DNA from: an uncultured Nitrososphaeraceae archaeon
GTDB taxonomy: Archaea > Thermoproteota > Nitrososphaeria > Nitrososphaerales > Nitrososphaeraceae
Direction: 5' to 3'
DNA: 64,000 nucleotides
Assembly: GCA_963729045.1 (NCBI GenBank)
Contig: CAVSMN010000015.1
Span: 128,001 to 192,000 of the forward strand
Position 1 is the first letter of the stretch. Every line of letters starts with the position of its first letter. Under the pieces are notes generated by a model. The model saw nothing but the letters and a program-made list of their open reading frames with translations. It was not told where the DNA came from and searched no databases. Positions 1 through 11,598 of this stretch are shown piece by piece. A program made the translations under genes and the position numbers.

Positions 1-945
1 AGTGTTACTATGCAATGTGGACTGGAAATCGAGAGGATTTTTGAAAAGATTGGCTTACCCGACAATGTTTTTAAAACAGTTATTGCTTCCTCCGTTGAAG
101 CGGAATATTTAATCGACTCTGATGATGTTAGTGCAGTTACTTTTACTGGTAGTGTACCCGTGGGTGCAAAGGTGGCCAAGCATGCAACCGCACAATTAAA
201 AAAAATAGTATTAGAGTTAGGAGGTAGCGATCCATTCATCGTATGCGAAGATGCAGATATTGATAAAGCGTCAAGTGGAGCTGTAAAAGGACGTTTCATA
301 AACTGTGGACAAAGTTGTATAGCATCTAAACGCTTTATTGTTGTCAAAAACGTAGCTTCTCAATTTATTGAAAAATTTGTTGAAAAGACAGAAAAATTAA
401 AAATTGGAGATCCACTTTCAGAAGAAACTGATATCGGGCCATTGGTAAACTCTTCTGCATTAGAAAATATTGACGAAATGGTAAAGAGATCTTTGAAAGA
501 GGGCGCAGAATTGGTAACAGGCGGACAGCGATTGGGTAGAAAAAATGAGGGTAATGAAAAAGGATATTTCTACAAACCAACTATTTTAAAAAATGTTACT
601 CCTAATATGGAAGTAGCTCGAGAAGAAACATTTGGTCCGATTGCTCCGGTAATAGTGGTAGAAGATGAACAAGAAGCATTGGAAATAGCAAACGATACAA
701 AATTTGGCCTCGGAGCAAGCATTTGGACTCAAAATTTGGGGAAAGCGGAAAAATACTCAAAATTACTACAGGCTGGAATTGTTACGGTCAATAATGTTGT
801 TGTATCAGATCCTAGAGTTCCATTCGGTGGAATCAAAAATAGTGGATTTGGGAGGGAATTATCAAAGCATGGAATGTTTGAGTTCGTAAACATCAAGTCT
901 ATAAGATTCTATGATCAGCTGATTCACCACCACTATGTTGAATAA
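1..945 (+). CDS. NAD(P)-dependent aldehyde dehydrogenase, succinate-semialdehyde dehydrogenase-like (5'-truncated by window edge)
   Basis: FTGS, LELGGSDP, NCGQSCIA (catalytic Cys), EETFGP and PFGGIKNSGFGRE motifs of the ALDH family. Confidence 0.92.
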   Translation, partial: SVTMQCGLEIERIFEKIGLPDNVFKTVIASSVEAEYLIDSDDVSAVTFTGSVPVGAKVAKHATAQLKKIVLELGGSDPFIVCEDADIDKASSGAVKGRFINCGQSCIASKRFIVVKNVASQFIEKFVEKTEKLKIGDPLSEETDIGPLVNSSALENIDEMVKRSLKEGAELVTGGQRLGRKNEGNEKGYFYKPTILKNVTPNMEVAREETFGPIAPVIVVEDEQEALEIANDTKFGLGASIWTQNLGKAEKYSKLLQAGIVTVNNVVVSDPRVPFGGIKNSGFGRELSKHGMFEFVNIKSIRFYDQLIHHHYVE

Positions 946-1270
946 AAAAAAGAATAAGAATCAATCTTAAAACGATTCTATTTTTTTGTTATATCGATTG
1001 AAGCAACGAAAAGTTGGTTGGTCGTTTAGTCTTATTGCCATCAAAAAGAAAATAATCCATGAAAAATCACTTTTGTAGTCGATAAATAACCAGCCTATCA
1101 GCCAGCCAGCCTTGTGATTTCGTCTTATTTTAGATTTGCTGCCTGAAATAGTAATGTTCGTAATTAAAATTTAGTAACATTCTTTGATATATTTCCTAGA
1201 TGCCCAAAATCTGGAGATTTCTAAAATTGGTTAAGTGATGTTTTAATATATTGTATCCCATTTTGTTTTA

Positions 1271-2231
1271 TTGAATGATGTTCGTTATTGCCTGGAAATT
1301 TGGGGAACGGATTATGAAAAAATTAAGCAAACATGTATGTTAGCTGAAGAGCTTGGATATTACGGATTTTATTATGGTGAGTCATTAACTGAAATTGACC
1401 TTGACTGTTGGACAGTTCTATCCACACTGATCCCAATTACTAATAAAATTAAACTTGGTCCCGTTATCACGTATATACTTCCAGATTATAGAAGCTTGGC
1501 CTTACTTGTAAAACAATCAATTACTTTTCAAGATGTTTCAAAAGGACGCCTTGAATTTAGAACCGGAGCTGGTGCAAGTCTAAAATATTCTCTTCAGTGG
1601 TGGTATCCTTATGGAATTGACTATTCAGATGCAATTTATCGTGTGGCTTTGTTTAACGAAGGAGTTCAATTACTATCAAAATTGCTGGGAAACCATGATT
1701 TAAAATATAGCCAGTCAGCGAGCACTTTAACAAATTTTGATGGACAATTTTATAAAATACGGGGTGCTTCATTTGTCAAACCTAAAATTAGAATTCCTAT
1801 AACGATAGCAGCCAAAAAAGATAGAATGATGAAAATTGCTGCAAATTATGCAGATGTATGGGAATGTTCCTATTTGACTCCCCATGAATATTTTTCATTA
1901 AACGAAAGATTTGAAAGATTATTAAAAACCCAAAATAACCAAGAATCTAAAGATCTACAGAATAAAGTGGTCAAGAGGTCGATTGAATTGGATGTTCTTA
2001 TTGCTAGTACCGAACAAGAACTCGAGTACAAGAAAAAAGTTTTTGCTATGGAGAGGGGGCCGGGTGTTTACAATCAAATACTAAAGAAGGGCCTTGTGGG
2101 AAATTCTGCTGAGGTGAGTGCCAGGATACAAGAATACGTGGAATCTAGGTATCAATCAGTTTTTTCTTGCATTTCAAGATCCGTTTGACCTAAAATCCAT
2201 AGAATTATTCATGGATGCCGTCAAAAGTTGA
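1271..2231 (+). CDS. LLM-class (luciferase-like) flavin/F420-dependent oxidoreductase; frameshift near 2145
   Basis: AEELGY, KIKLGPVIT, SKGRLEFRTGAG, IPITIAA motifs; the C-terminus LGINQFFLAFQDPFDLKSIELFMDAVKS* continues in another frame to TGA 2229-2231. Confidence 0.85.
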
Positions 2232-2461
2232 AATTCTTAATTTTTCTATCCTTCTGAGGATACCATAGAATTAAAAATGTTTTAATTCTTCTTACTTTTT
2301 TTGAATCTATCGATGTTTATTAACTCATTTTTTTGACATTTTTGGAGTTTTAGGAACATAGAGAAATAAATACGGCAAAATCCCCACAGATAATCACTAA
2401 TGATGATATTTTAGATTAGCAAAGATTTTTTACTTCTTGTACATCGTTTATGAGGTAGACA

Positions 2462-3254
2462 ATGAATTTAGAAATTGCAAATAAAAAAAGACATCATTTT
2501 TTGTTTGGAAAAACATGCATTGCATCAATTGTTTTTATGGCTGCGATGATATTTTTTTCTTATCAAGTTTCGTATGCTCAGCTGGACTTGTCTGATAACT
2601 TCAGCAGTAGCACCAGCAGTGGTGACAGTGGTAGACAGTGGCAGCAGTAGTAATAAAACAATTACTCCTTCTTTAATGGAGAACGGAAACGTATCAATTG
2701 GATCCTTTTCGAGCTTTGTTAATGACATTAATAGCCTTTTAGCGTCTAATTCCTCAAAATCCCTTTCAAATGGTACCTCAAATTCCCAGACTGATACACC
2801 ATCATTAAACTTACTAGCTTTGGATGAAATAACAATTCAAAACACTTCAATGTCGGTACCTGCACCGGTAAGACATCCAGGCCAGCCATCACACGAAGTA
2901 GTTTTTGCTCTTCCATTAAGAAATGATGGCAATATTTGGTCAGGCACAGTAACATTTACAGCAAGTAAACCGATAGAAGTCGAGGTCCTTCATACTTACG
3001 CACCAATGGAAAACCCCGATTCAACTCATGGTGAGCCATATCATGCAGTCTTGCCTGGAAATAAGAGCATTGCAATAACTCATCTTCGACATTTGGTTGA
3101 TGTGCCGATTGAAATCAATGGAACTGGAATAAGTTCAGGGACACTAAATTTTGCAGGTAACGCATTAGTATTTCACAAGACCAGCGGGGAGCCATTCACA
3201 GTAACCTATACTATTGATGCTATTGCAAAGGAATTAACTAAACTTAGAAAATAG
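2462..3254 (+). CDS. Secreted/membrane-anchored hypothetical protein, split by a frameshift near 2630
   Basis: Signal-peptide-like N-terminus in ORF 2462-2650, Ser-rich linker, His-containing C-terminal domain in ORF 2574-3254. Confidence 0.6.
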
Positions 3255-3781
3255 ATAATAATACCTCTGATCTTGTCAACTAGATACTAATCATTAGTTC
3301 CTTAATTCCAGATCCCAAATTAATTGAGTGGGTGGGGGGGGCGGAAGTTGAGACAATTTTTTTTGTTGGTTAATGACAGGACTAGAGGTCTTTTTCGTCA
3401 TTTGCTCCAGATTTTCTTTTTGAGATAGGTGGATTAAAAGTCATATTGGTTGCTCGTAGGATAATTGCAAATTGTATATAATACATAATGAAAAGAAGGA
3501 TCTAACTAGACTACTCTATGATTAACCATGCTTGATCTCAAATGTCCCAGCCGTATAACGTATTATCTATTAATAACTGCAAACTAGATATATCCATTAA
3601 TCAGACTTCGTAGAACATAAGAACAGTCTACTATCTGATTATGGTAAATACAATAAATTTATGAGACTTTGATTTGGTAATAAGGCAGTGATAGACAAAA
3701 AAAAGAATTATTGATTTGTGTTTAATATATCTAAATCAGGATTAAAAAGTAAGTCTCAAAAAAAAGCACCAACCATATTAA

Positions 3782-5095
3782 TTAGTTCAAAATGAATGAT
3801 TGTAGAGATGCAAGACGAGTATCTATATTATCAGTTCGGACATAGGTAAATCCCGAACCTTGATAAACTGTTTCTATGAATCCTAATCTATCCCTAATTT
3901 CCTCATGATCTTGCAGTTTAGAAGCGTCTTTTAAAGTCCAATACCATACCTCTTTTCCTGTACCGGGATCGATATATGCTTCTATAACACGTTTGTTATC
4001 TTCTGTCAAAAAAGTTTTCACTTTGAGGGTAACATTGTTAGTATTTGTGAGATCGTTTAGGAAATAGTCTTTGCTCTTATTGTCGTTTGAGTGAAAAATA
4101 AAATCATCTCCTGCTAGATTTTTTACATCATTAATTGTAAGTTTTAAGTATCTGCCATCATCCCGATAATCCATAATATACGGATTACTGCTATTTGAAA
4201 CGTCAAATACTACTCCTATTCCTCTCCGTTCGATATCGGGTGCATCAGATGCATGAAAACCGGTATTAAACATGATCTCAATATAAGTTTCATTATCAAA
4301 TTTATCCTTTGGTTCCTTAAAATAACCCAATATATTTCCCTTCCAAACTATCATTTGATTCTTTGCAGCATTCATATCTAAACTTCCGTTGATGTTTTCT
4401 CTTTCAATTTCAATCCTGGGTGAATTTATGTGTTTGTTGTGTCCTTGAGTGTGCTTTCCAAGATCCAAATTAACTCTTATTTTCTTGTCAGAATTAAGCG
4501 GATCAACTAATTCGTACGAATATTGTTTGTTGAATTTTGTATCCGCTATCAATAAGCCTTTTTCGTCAAAAATTTCATTATCTGGTATTTCTTCTTCTAC
4601 TTGCTCTTCTTCCTCTTTATTATTGTCCTCATCCTCCTCAACATTAGTTTGATTTACATCTTCTTTTGTGTAGCACATTATTTCCGATGAACTGTTTGCT
4701 TCTGTGGAGCAATCATATGGATACATTATTTTTAGAAATGGACAAATATTGGTGATCGTCTTAGAATCCTCGATAGGTTCAGGTTCGGTGATATTTCCTA
4801 TCCCGCTTTCATTATGGGGGACGGATATTATGTCATTTATAGAAGATTCAAAGGTATTATTTTGTACAGGATTATTGTAAAATTCTGGACAATTCTTGGT
4901 ATCTGTTGTATTTAGTAAAACATAGTTTTTCCCTTGAACATGACCTATTGTTTGAGCCATGGCAATAATTTCAATGTTAGAATCGGGACCTGCAATCAAA
5001 ATATTGATGTTCGCATAAAAGATGATAAAAGAAAAGACAATAAATGTGAAAAATAAGATAAAAAAACCGTTGGAAAAAGTATGTCTAGTTACCAA
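3782..5095 (-). CDS. Membrane-anchored extracellular hypothetical protein with acidic linker
   Basis: 437-aa ORF; N-terminal hydrophobic helix, Cys-containing segment, E/D-rich linker, beta-rich C-terminal region. Confidence 0.7.
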   Translation of the reverse strand: MVTRHTFSNGFFILFFTFIVFSFIIFYANINILIAGPDSNIEIIAMAQTIGHVQGKNYVLLNTTDTKNCPEFYNNPVQNNTFESSINDIISVPHNESGIGNITEPEPIEDSKTITNICPFLKIMYPYDCSTEANSSSEIMCYTKEDVNQTNVEEDEDNNKEEEEQVEEEIPDNEIFDEKGLLIADTKFNKQYSYELVDPLNSDKKIRVNLDLGKHTQGHNKHINSPRIEIERENINGSLDMNAAKNQMIVWKGNILGYFKEPKDKFDNETYIEIMFNTGFHASDAPDIERRGIGVVFDVSNSSNPYIMDYRDDGRYLKLTINDVKNLAGDDFIFHSNDNKSKDYFLNDLTNTNNVTLKVKTFLTEDNKRVIEAYIDPGTGKEVWYWTLKDASKLQDHEEIRDRLGFIETVYQGSGFTYVRTDNIDTRLASLQSFILN

Positions 5096-5720
5096 TTTTT
5101 TAAATACTATAAATCTTGTATTATATAAACGAATAAAAGCCGTTTGAGATAAGCTTTATATTTAATAACGTTTACAATGGTTTCAATATTGATTGAAATG
5201 ATCTTTTTTTGTTAAATATCATATTTTATTATTAATAATTTGATAATTTTACTAATAGATCATATAGTACAATTTTTAAAGTCTTAATAAGCTAACAAGT
5301 TTGATACGTTCTAATTAGACACATGTTACTGTGATCTTTTCCACTCATATTTTTTATACCCGCGTTAAATACTGATACTCCCAATCAAAATTAAAAATAT
5401 TCTTGATAATTTTTCTTGTTCTAAAGTCTAGACAGGATTACTGATACTTTTATACGACCAATCTTGCAAAACCATAATAACTGATCTTTAATGATACTCT
5501 GTTGTATCTTTTCTATAAATTATGAAAAATTTTAGTTTAATTAATAAAATAACTTAAATTCAAAGTCATAGTTAAATGCCCTTTGTTTTTTAGAGAATTT
5601 AAGCCCTTAACATAAATCAGATCAATTCAAATTTGTCATTATTTCGTCTCCCTGGGACTCTAAAAAGCACCCAAAGCAAGTGAATAAATCTAATAGGTGG
5701 TGGCTCACTAGACTATTTAT

Positions 5721-6299
5721 ATGAATGACCAAGCCGAAAATTCGAACAAATCTGATGGTTTTGAAGAGATAACTCTGGCAAATGGGTGCTTTTGGTGCAC
5801 AGAGGCCATTTTTAAGCGAGTTCGAGGGATTCTCTCAGTCTTACCTGGCTATTCGGGCGGGTTTCTAACCGATCCGTCATATGACCAAGTTTGTACAGGC
5901 GAAACTGGTCACGCTGAAGCTATCCAAATCCGATTTGATCCAAAAATCATTCCGCTAGAAAAACTTTTTGAAATATTTTGGTATACCCACGATCCAACTA
6001 CACTTAATAGACAGGGTAATGATGTAGGAACGCAATATCGATCTGCCATTTTTTATCAAACACCAAAACAAAAGGATACAGCAACTAAAGTGAAAGAAGA
6101 TATTGAGAAAAAGAAAGTATACTCTAATCCTATAGTCACTGAAATTACTCCTTTTAAAAATTTTTATCCTGCTGAGAAATATCATATGAATTACTACGAT
6201 AACAACAAGAATGTACCCTATTGTAGTTATGTGATTGATCCAAAAGTAGAAAAATTATTATCAAAATTTCAAGACAATGTAAAGGATGAATACTTGTAG
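5721..6299 (+). CDS. msrA: Peptide-methionine (S)-S-oxide reductase
   Basis: GCFWC, GHAE, HDPTTLNRQGNDVGTQYRSAIF, AEKYHMNYY motifs. Confidence 0.97.
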   Translation: MNDQAENSNKSDGFEEITLANGCFWCTEAIFKRVRGILSVLPGYSGGFLTDPSYDQVCTGETGHAEAIQIRFDPKIIPLEKLFEIFWYTHDPTTLNRQGNDVGTQYRSAIFYQTPKQKDTATKVKEDIEKKKVYSNPIVTEITPFKNFYPAEKYHMNYYDNNKNVPYCSYVIDPKVEKLLSKFQDNVKDEYL

Positions 6300-6613
6300 G
6301 TTTACAAGTTACTCATGATAGTAATACAAGTTATTGAAATCTTTTGAACTAAGTATGCCTTTTTGAGAACGTAACCTTAAAATCAATAGCATCAGCAAAT
6401 TCTCAATTTAGATTTTCTTATCTAGATAAAACTCTCCATAAAAGATGTTCCCTAGGGCTAATATGTCTATAGTTCATCTGAAGAAATATGATGATTATAT
6501 TGTCTATTTTGGCCAAACTATATATCGTACTGCCAGTCTCCAGGGAAGTTACAAGTACATTTATTATCTAAATACATTTATGAATTTAAATTCCATAGGA
6601 ATAAACAATAAGC

Positions 6614-7384
6614 ATGGAAGGCATTCACGGCGAATACCATGATGATGCGACTCAAATTCAGAAAATAATTGAAAAATCGGAAAATTTCGTATTTTTTACA
6701 GGAGCTGGGATTTCAAGAGAAAGTGGAATTCCTACATTTAGGGATAAGGATGGGCTGTGGAAAAAGTACGACCCAGCAAAACTTGCTTCATACTCTGCTT
6801 TTATTTCAAATCCAAAATTGGTTTGGGATTTCTTTTACTCACGACAGAGACTTGTATGCCAAGCTGAATGTAATGATGCTCATACAGCCATAGGGAGATT
6901 TGAAAACACAAGGCCCAAAAGGAGTCATGTTATAACCCAAAATATTGATAGACTACATCAACGAGGCGGTTCCCAAAATGTTATAGAGCTGCATGGAAAC
7001 ATTTTTGGAATGTTTTGTATAGCTTGTGGAAAAAGAGAACAGTATGATTATTTTAATTTTTTTGATAACTTTAATGAAGAAAAAATCCCAATTTGTCTAG
7101 TTTGTAATAATATATTAAAGCCAGATGTGGTGCTGTTTGAGGAGCAATTACCACAAGATGCTTGGAGTCAAGCCGTTCAATTGTCATCTGAATGTGACGT
7201 AATGTTTGTTATTGGAACATCATTAAACGTTTCTCCAGCTAATACTTTACCATATCATGCTGTTAAAAACCACGCAGTGCTGGTCGAAATAAATCCCAAT
7301 GTTACTGAAATGAGTTCACTAATGGATTTTTCAATAAGAGAAAGCGCATCAAAGGTCTTACCAAGAATACTAGATGTCGATTAG
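6614..7384 (+). CDS. cobB: NAD-dependent protein deacylase (sirtuin, CobB-like)
   Basis: TGAGISRESGIPTFR, ITQNIDRLH, ELHGN, two CxxC zinc motifs, KPDVVLF, IGTSLNVSPA. Confidence 0.93.
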   Translation: MEGIHGEYHDDATQIQKIIEKSENFVFFTGAGISRESGIPTFRDKDGLWKKYDPAKLASYSAFISNPKLVWDFFYSRQRLVCQAECNDAHTAIGRFENTRPKRSHVITQNIDRLHQRGGSQNVIELHGNIFGMFCIACGKREQYDYFNFFDNFNEEKIPICLVCNNILKPDVVLFEEQLPQDAWSQAVQLSSECDVMFVIGTSLNVSPANTLPYHAVKNHAVLVEINPNVTEMSSLMDFSIRESASKVLPRILDVD

Positions 7385-7605
7385 CATTTAATCAACATCA
7401 AGAGGAGAGCAGGTTGAGATTGATGATTTGAAATTTCTTTACTAGTTCGTCTACTGGAGAAGAAGTGACCATCTTTTTCTTGGGTGCAAGTTAGAATCTT
7501 CTTTTTACCTATCTAAATCCAGGAAATTGAAAATAAAATTGGCATAAGCAGCTTTGCAAATAATTATTATGGTTTAAATATTATTAATTTAAAAATTTAT
7601 AATAT

Positions 7606-8008
7606 TTGAAATGTCTTTCTTTAAAACAGCCTTATGCTGATTTGCTAGCAACTGGAAGAAAGACTATAGAAATCAGAAAATGGAATACCAACTTTCGAGG
7701 TCCATTCTTGATACACGCCTCAAAAAATGTTAACAAAGATGCTTGCTTGACTTTAGGATATGATGAAAGCAAGATAGTTAAGGGTGCGATTATAGGAAAG
7801 GCATTTGTGTATGATGTTATAAAGTATACAACTATTGATGTTTTTTTGGACGATCGCCAAAAGCATTTCTCAATTGAGGATATAAAATTAGATCATTCGT
7901 TTAAGAGATATGGATTTTTAGTAAAGGATGCTTTGAAATTTAGGGAAGATAATTCCTTATTTGGGGAAATTAGGCTTTTTTGATGTATCTGATTTGAGGA
8001 TGAGATAG
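7606..8008 (+). CDS. ASCH domain protein; C-terminal frameshift near 7948
   Basis: LSLKQPYA..GRKTIEIRKW..RGPFLIHASK signature; tail IPYLGKLGFFDV lies in a shifted frame ending at TAG 8006-8008. Confidence 0.88.
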
Positions 8009-8274
8009 AAAAGTGTTTTTACTCGATATATGAATTATTTTGTATGCTCCAGTGAACCTAATTGTTACATTACCTTCTGTGGGATATGAATAATAATAGA
8101 GAAAAAAGAGCAAGACAAGGTAAAGTAAAATGAGGAAGAGTTTCTTGATCTTTTTTAAGAGAGGTTGTTATCTGAAAGATTAGTAACTGTAATGGTGATG
8201 GCTAAAGGGATGGTGATGGCAAAGACAGACAGAAGGAAGGAGAGGAGGAGAGGAGGATTGATCAAACTCTTTCT

Positions 8275-10603
8275 TTACCTTGATCTTAGGATGTTAAGGG
8301 CAGAACCAGCACGAAACCACTTTAGTTGAGCATCATTGTATGAGTGTATTAACGGTATTTGTTCTTCAGTACCATCATTATGGTACAAGATAGCAGTTAC
8401 CACTCCTTTAGGTCTAAGATCTCGCAAATTAATTATGCTTATTCTATCGTCCTCTCTTATTTTCTCATAGTCAGATGATTCTACAAATGTTAATGCTAGA
8501 ATCCCTTGTTTCTTTAGATTTGTTTCATGTATTCTGGCAAAACTTTTTGCAATTACTGCAGCACATCCTAAATACCTCGGAGTCATTGCCGCATGTTCAC
8601 GGCTGCTACCTTCGCCATAATTCTTATCCCCAATGATTATCCATTTTAACCCGTTCTGCTTGTACTCCCTAGCGATATGGGAAAAGGTTTCAATGTTCTT
8701 ATTTAAAAGATTGAGTCCTTTACCTACTTCTCCGTCTCTAAATGCATTTACTGCACCCAGTAACAAATTGTCGCTTAATCTATCTAGGTGGCCTCTATAC
8801 ATCAACCAGGGACCAGCAGGAGAAATATGATTCTGTTGTACATTTTCCCTTTACCTTGGTCAATACCGGTAATTTGCTAAAGTCGTTTCCATCCCATTCT
8901 AAAAAGGGCTCTAATGCTTGGAGTCTTTGACTATTTTTGTCTATTACCACTGCCACACTTTCAGGGTCTATAGCAGGAGGGACATAGATATCGACCGTGT
9001 CTTTAAAGCCATCTTTTGGGACTTCTGGGGCTACTTTAGGGGGGTTTAGTTTGAATTTTGTTCCGTCGCTTGCTTCTAATTCATCCTTTAATGGGTTAAA
9101 GGAGAGTCGACCGCCTAGGGCTAGGGCGATTACAAGTTCTGGACTACCAATAAAGTTCATGGTTTCCCTTCTACCATCGTTTCTCCCGGGAAAGTTTCTG
9201 TTATAGGATGTGACTATTGTATTTGGTTCTCCTTTTTTTATTTCAGGCCTGCTCCATTGCCCAATGCAGGGTCCGCATGCATTTGCTAATACGTTTGCTC
9301 CAATATCTCTTAATAATTGGATCTGACCGTCTCTTTCTATTGTTTCTCTTATCATTTCTGAGCCCGGTGTAACTTGAAGAGGCGTTTTTGTCCTAATTCC
9401 TTTTTCTATTGCCTGCTTTGCTATATCAGCTGCACGGGACATGTCCTCGTAAGATGAATTCGTACAGCTTCCTATCAGGGAAACAGAAATAGTGTCTAGG
9501 TAGTTGTTTTTTTGAATGTCTTCAGCCATTTTTGAAATGGGTCTGGCCAGATCGGGGGTATGCGGACCAACAATGTAAGGTTCTAGTTCATCTAGGTTTA
9601 TTTCAATAAGCTGATCGAAATACTTGGAAGCGTTTTCTCGATTCTGGCTGATTTCTTTTTCAATGACTGGGTCTAGGGTCAGCAATTCTTTGTTTTTATT
9701 AGCAATATCTGCTAGGTCGTTTCGGCCAGTAGAAATCAAATAGGATTCCATTTTGGCGTCGTATGAAAAAACAGAGCAGGTAGCACCTATCTCTGCTCCC
9801 ATATTTGTAATGGTGGCTTTTCCTGTACAGCTAACATTTCTTGCCCCTGGTCCAAAGTATTCTATTATTGCATTAGTCCCTCCAGAAACGGTTAGCTTTG
9901 AGGCAACAAATAGGATAATATCTTTAGGGGATGCCCAACCACTTAGTTTTCCTGTTAAATATACTCCGATTCTTTTTGGATACAAAACTTCCCAGGGCAG
10001 CCCTGCCATGACTTCAGCAGCGTCTAGTCCGCCTACTCCTATTGCAAGCATTCCTAGTCCTCCGGCATTTGGGGTATGAGAATCTGTTCCAATCATCAAT
10101 CCACCTGGAAATGCATAGTTTTCTAGGACAACCTGATGTATTATTCCAGCACCAGGTTTCCAAAATCCTATTCCATACTTTCGGGAAGCAGATTCTAGAA
10201 ATTGATACACTTCATTATTTTCGTAAATTGCAGCTTTGGTGTCTGAATCGCTGCCCACTCTTGCTTGGATCAAATGGTCGCAATGAACTGTGGTTGGAGC
10301 CAAAACTTGTTTTATACCTGCCTGCATAAATTGAAGAATAGTTGTTTGTCCTGTAACGTCTTGAAGGGCAACTCTGTCTGGGTTTAACAAGATATATCCA
10401 TTTCCTGGGGTTAAACCATTAAAGGTCATAAAATCAGTTGATTCATCAAGGTGGCCTATTAGAATTTTTTCTCCAAGTGTAAGAGGCTTATTTGAAACTT
10501 GTTTAAATTTTAGAATATTTTTTTGTAATTTTTCATATACTTTGGAAACCAAGTCTGTCTTGGTTGTTTTTCCTTTCAATTTCAAAGAATTTTGACTTGA
10601 CAT
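8275..10603 (-). CDS. acnA: Aconitate hydratase, split by one +1 frameshift at about 8831
   Basis: DRVALQD, HCDH, DSHTPN, IGSCTNSSYED, NACGPCIGQW, NRNF; swivel domain GEGSSREHAA; KCTTDHISPAGPW is restored by removing one base. Confidence 0.95.
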
Positions 10604-10889
10604 ACAGAAGACACGTACTTTAAAATGAACTTGCCAATATTTATCACTAATGCATTAGTCTGTAATTTTAAGAAGTCAAAATTGAATGCTCGAATTCGGA
10701 GCAGAGGTATCAGGGTTTTTGGGATGTAGTATCTCCTTATCTTATTGTCTATTTTCTATTTCGCTCATCGGTATGAAGATAATCACAGATGATTATTTCC
10801 TAATCATGTCTTTTATTTCAGTTCAGATGGATGAGAGAAAAAAAATAAGCAAATAATTAAAATAAGTTATAGTTTAAACAAAAAGCCTG

Positions 10890-11443
10890 ATGTTTTCAAA
10901 GATCTTGGTTGCATTTGATGGGTCAAAACCTTCATTGGATGCCGTAGAAAGTGCTATTGAAATCGGCAATATATATAATTCTTCATTAATCATTTTGCAC
11001 ATTTTAGACGGTTACAAATATCCGTACTTACTTTCAAGTGTTGTATTAGCCCCGACATATGGTTCTGACAAGTTAGAAAAAGAACGTCAGAAATTTGAGG
11101 ATTTGATGAATTCACTTAAAGAAAAGTACAATGCAGGAAAGAGGAAGATACTGACCACAGAAAATGATAAATTGATTTCAGAAGGAACCAGTACTACTTT
11201 ACTAATGATACCAGCACAGCTGGTTCTACTTCTACTGATCCAACTGGTTTAAGCTTTGAAACTGCAATTATTGAAGCTGAAACTTCAGCTGCTTCAACAA
11301 TAGTTGATTACGCCGAATCCAAAAATGTCGACTTGCTAGTAATAGGAAGTAAGGGCCGTACTGGTTTGAAAAAAATGCTAGTAGGAAGTACTGCTTCAGA
11401 AGTGGTGAAATATGCACACTGCCCTGTCCTTGTGGTAAGATAG
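10890..11443 (+). CDS. Universal stress protein (UspA family); frameshift near 11200
   Basis: KILVAFDGSKPS N-terminus; downstream frame gives IVDYAESKNVDLLVIGSKGRTGLKKMLVGSTASEVVKYAHCPVLVVR*. Confidence 0.9.
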
Positions 11444-11598
11444 ATTCGAGCCGGAAAAAATATTAGACAGAGTAGAATGAATTTGCAATTTTGCGGGTTA
11501 ATTTATTATTGAAACACCCTTAGTCGACACCGACAAAACTGTCCTGTGTCCAAGCTGAATGGTATCTTGTATTCATATGGGGCCAATCAGATTGGTTT

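Noticed and set aside
8200..8260. Purine-rich microrepeats (GGAGAGGA, ATGGTGATGGC); also TTGGC x4 near 21517 and the G-run near 3330
   Set aside because: Simple low-complexity sequence; the pyrimidine-rich minus strand after aconitase may just be a terminator region
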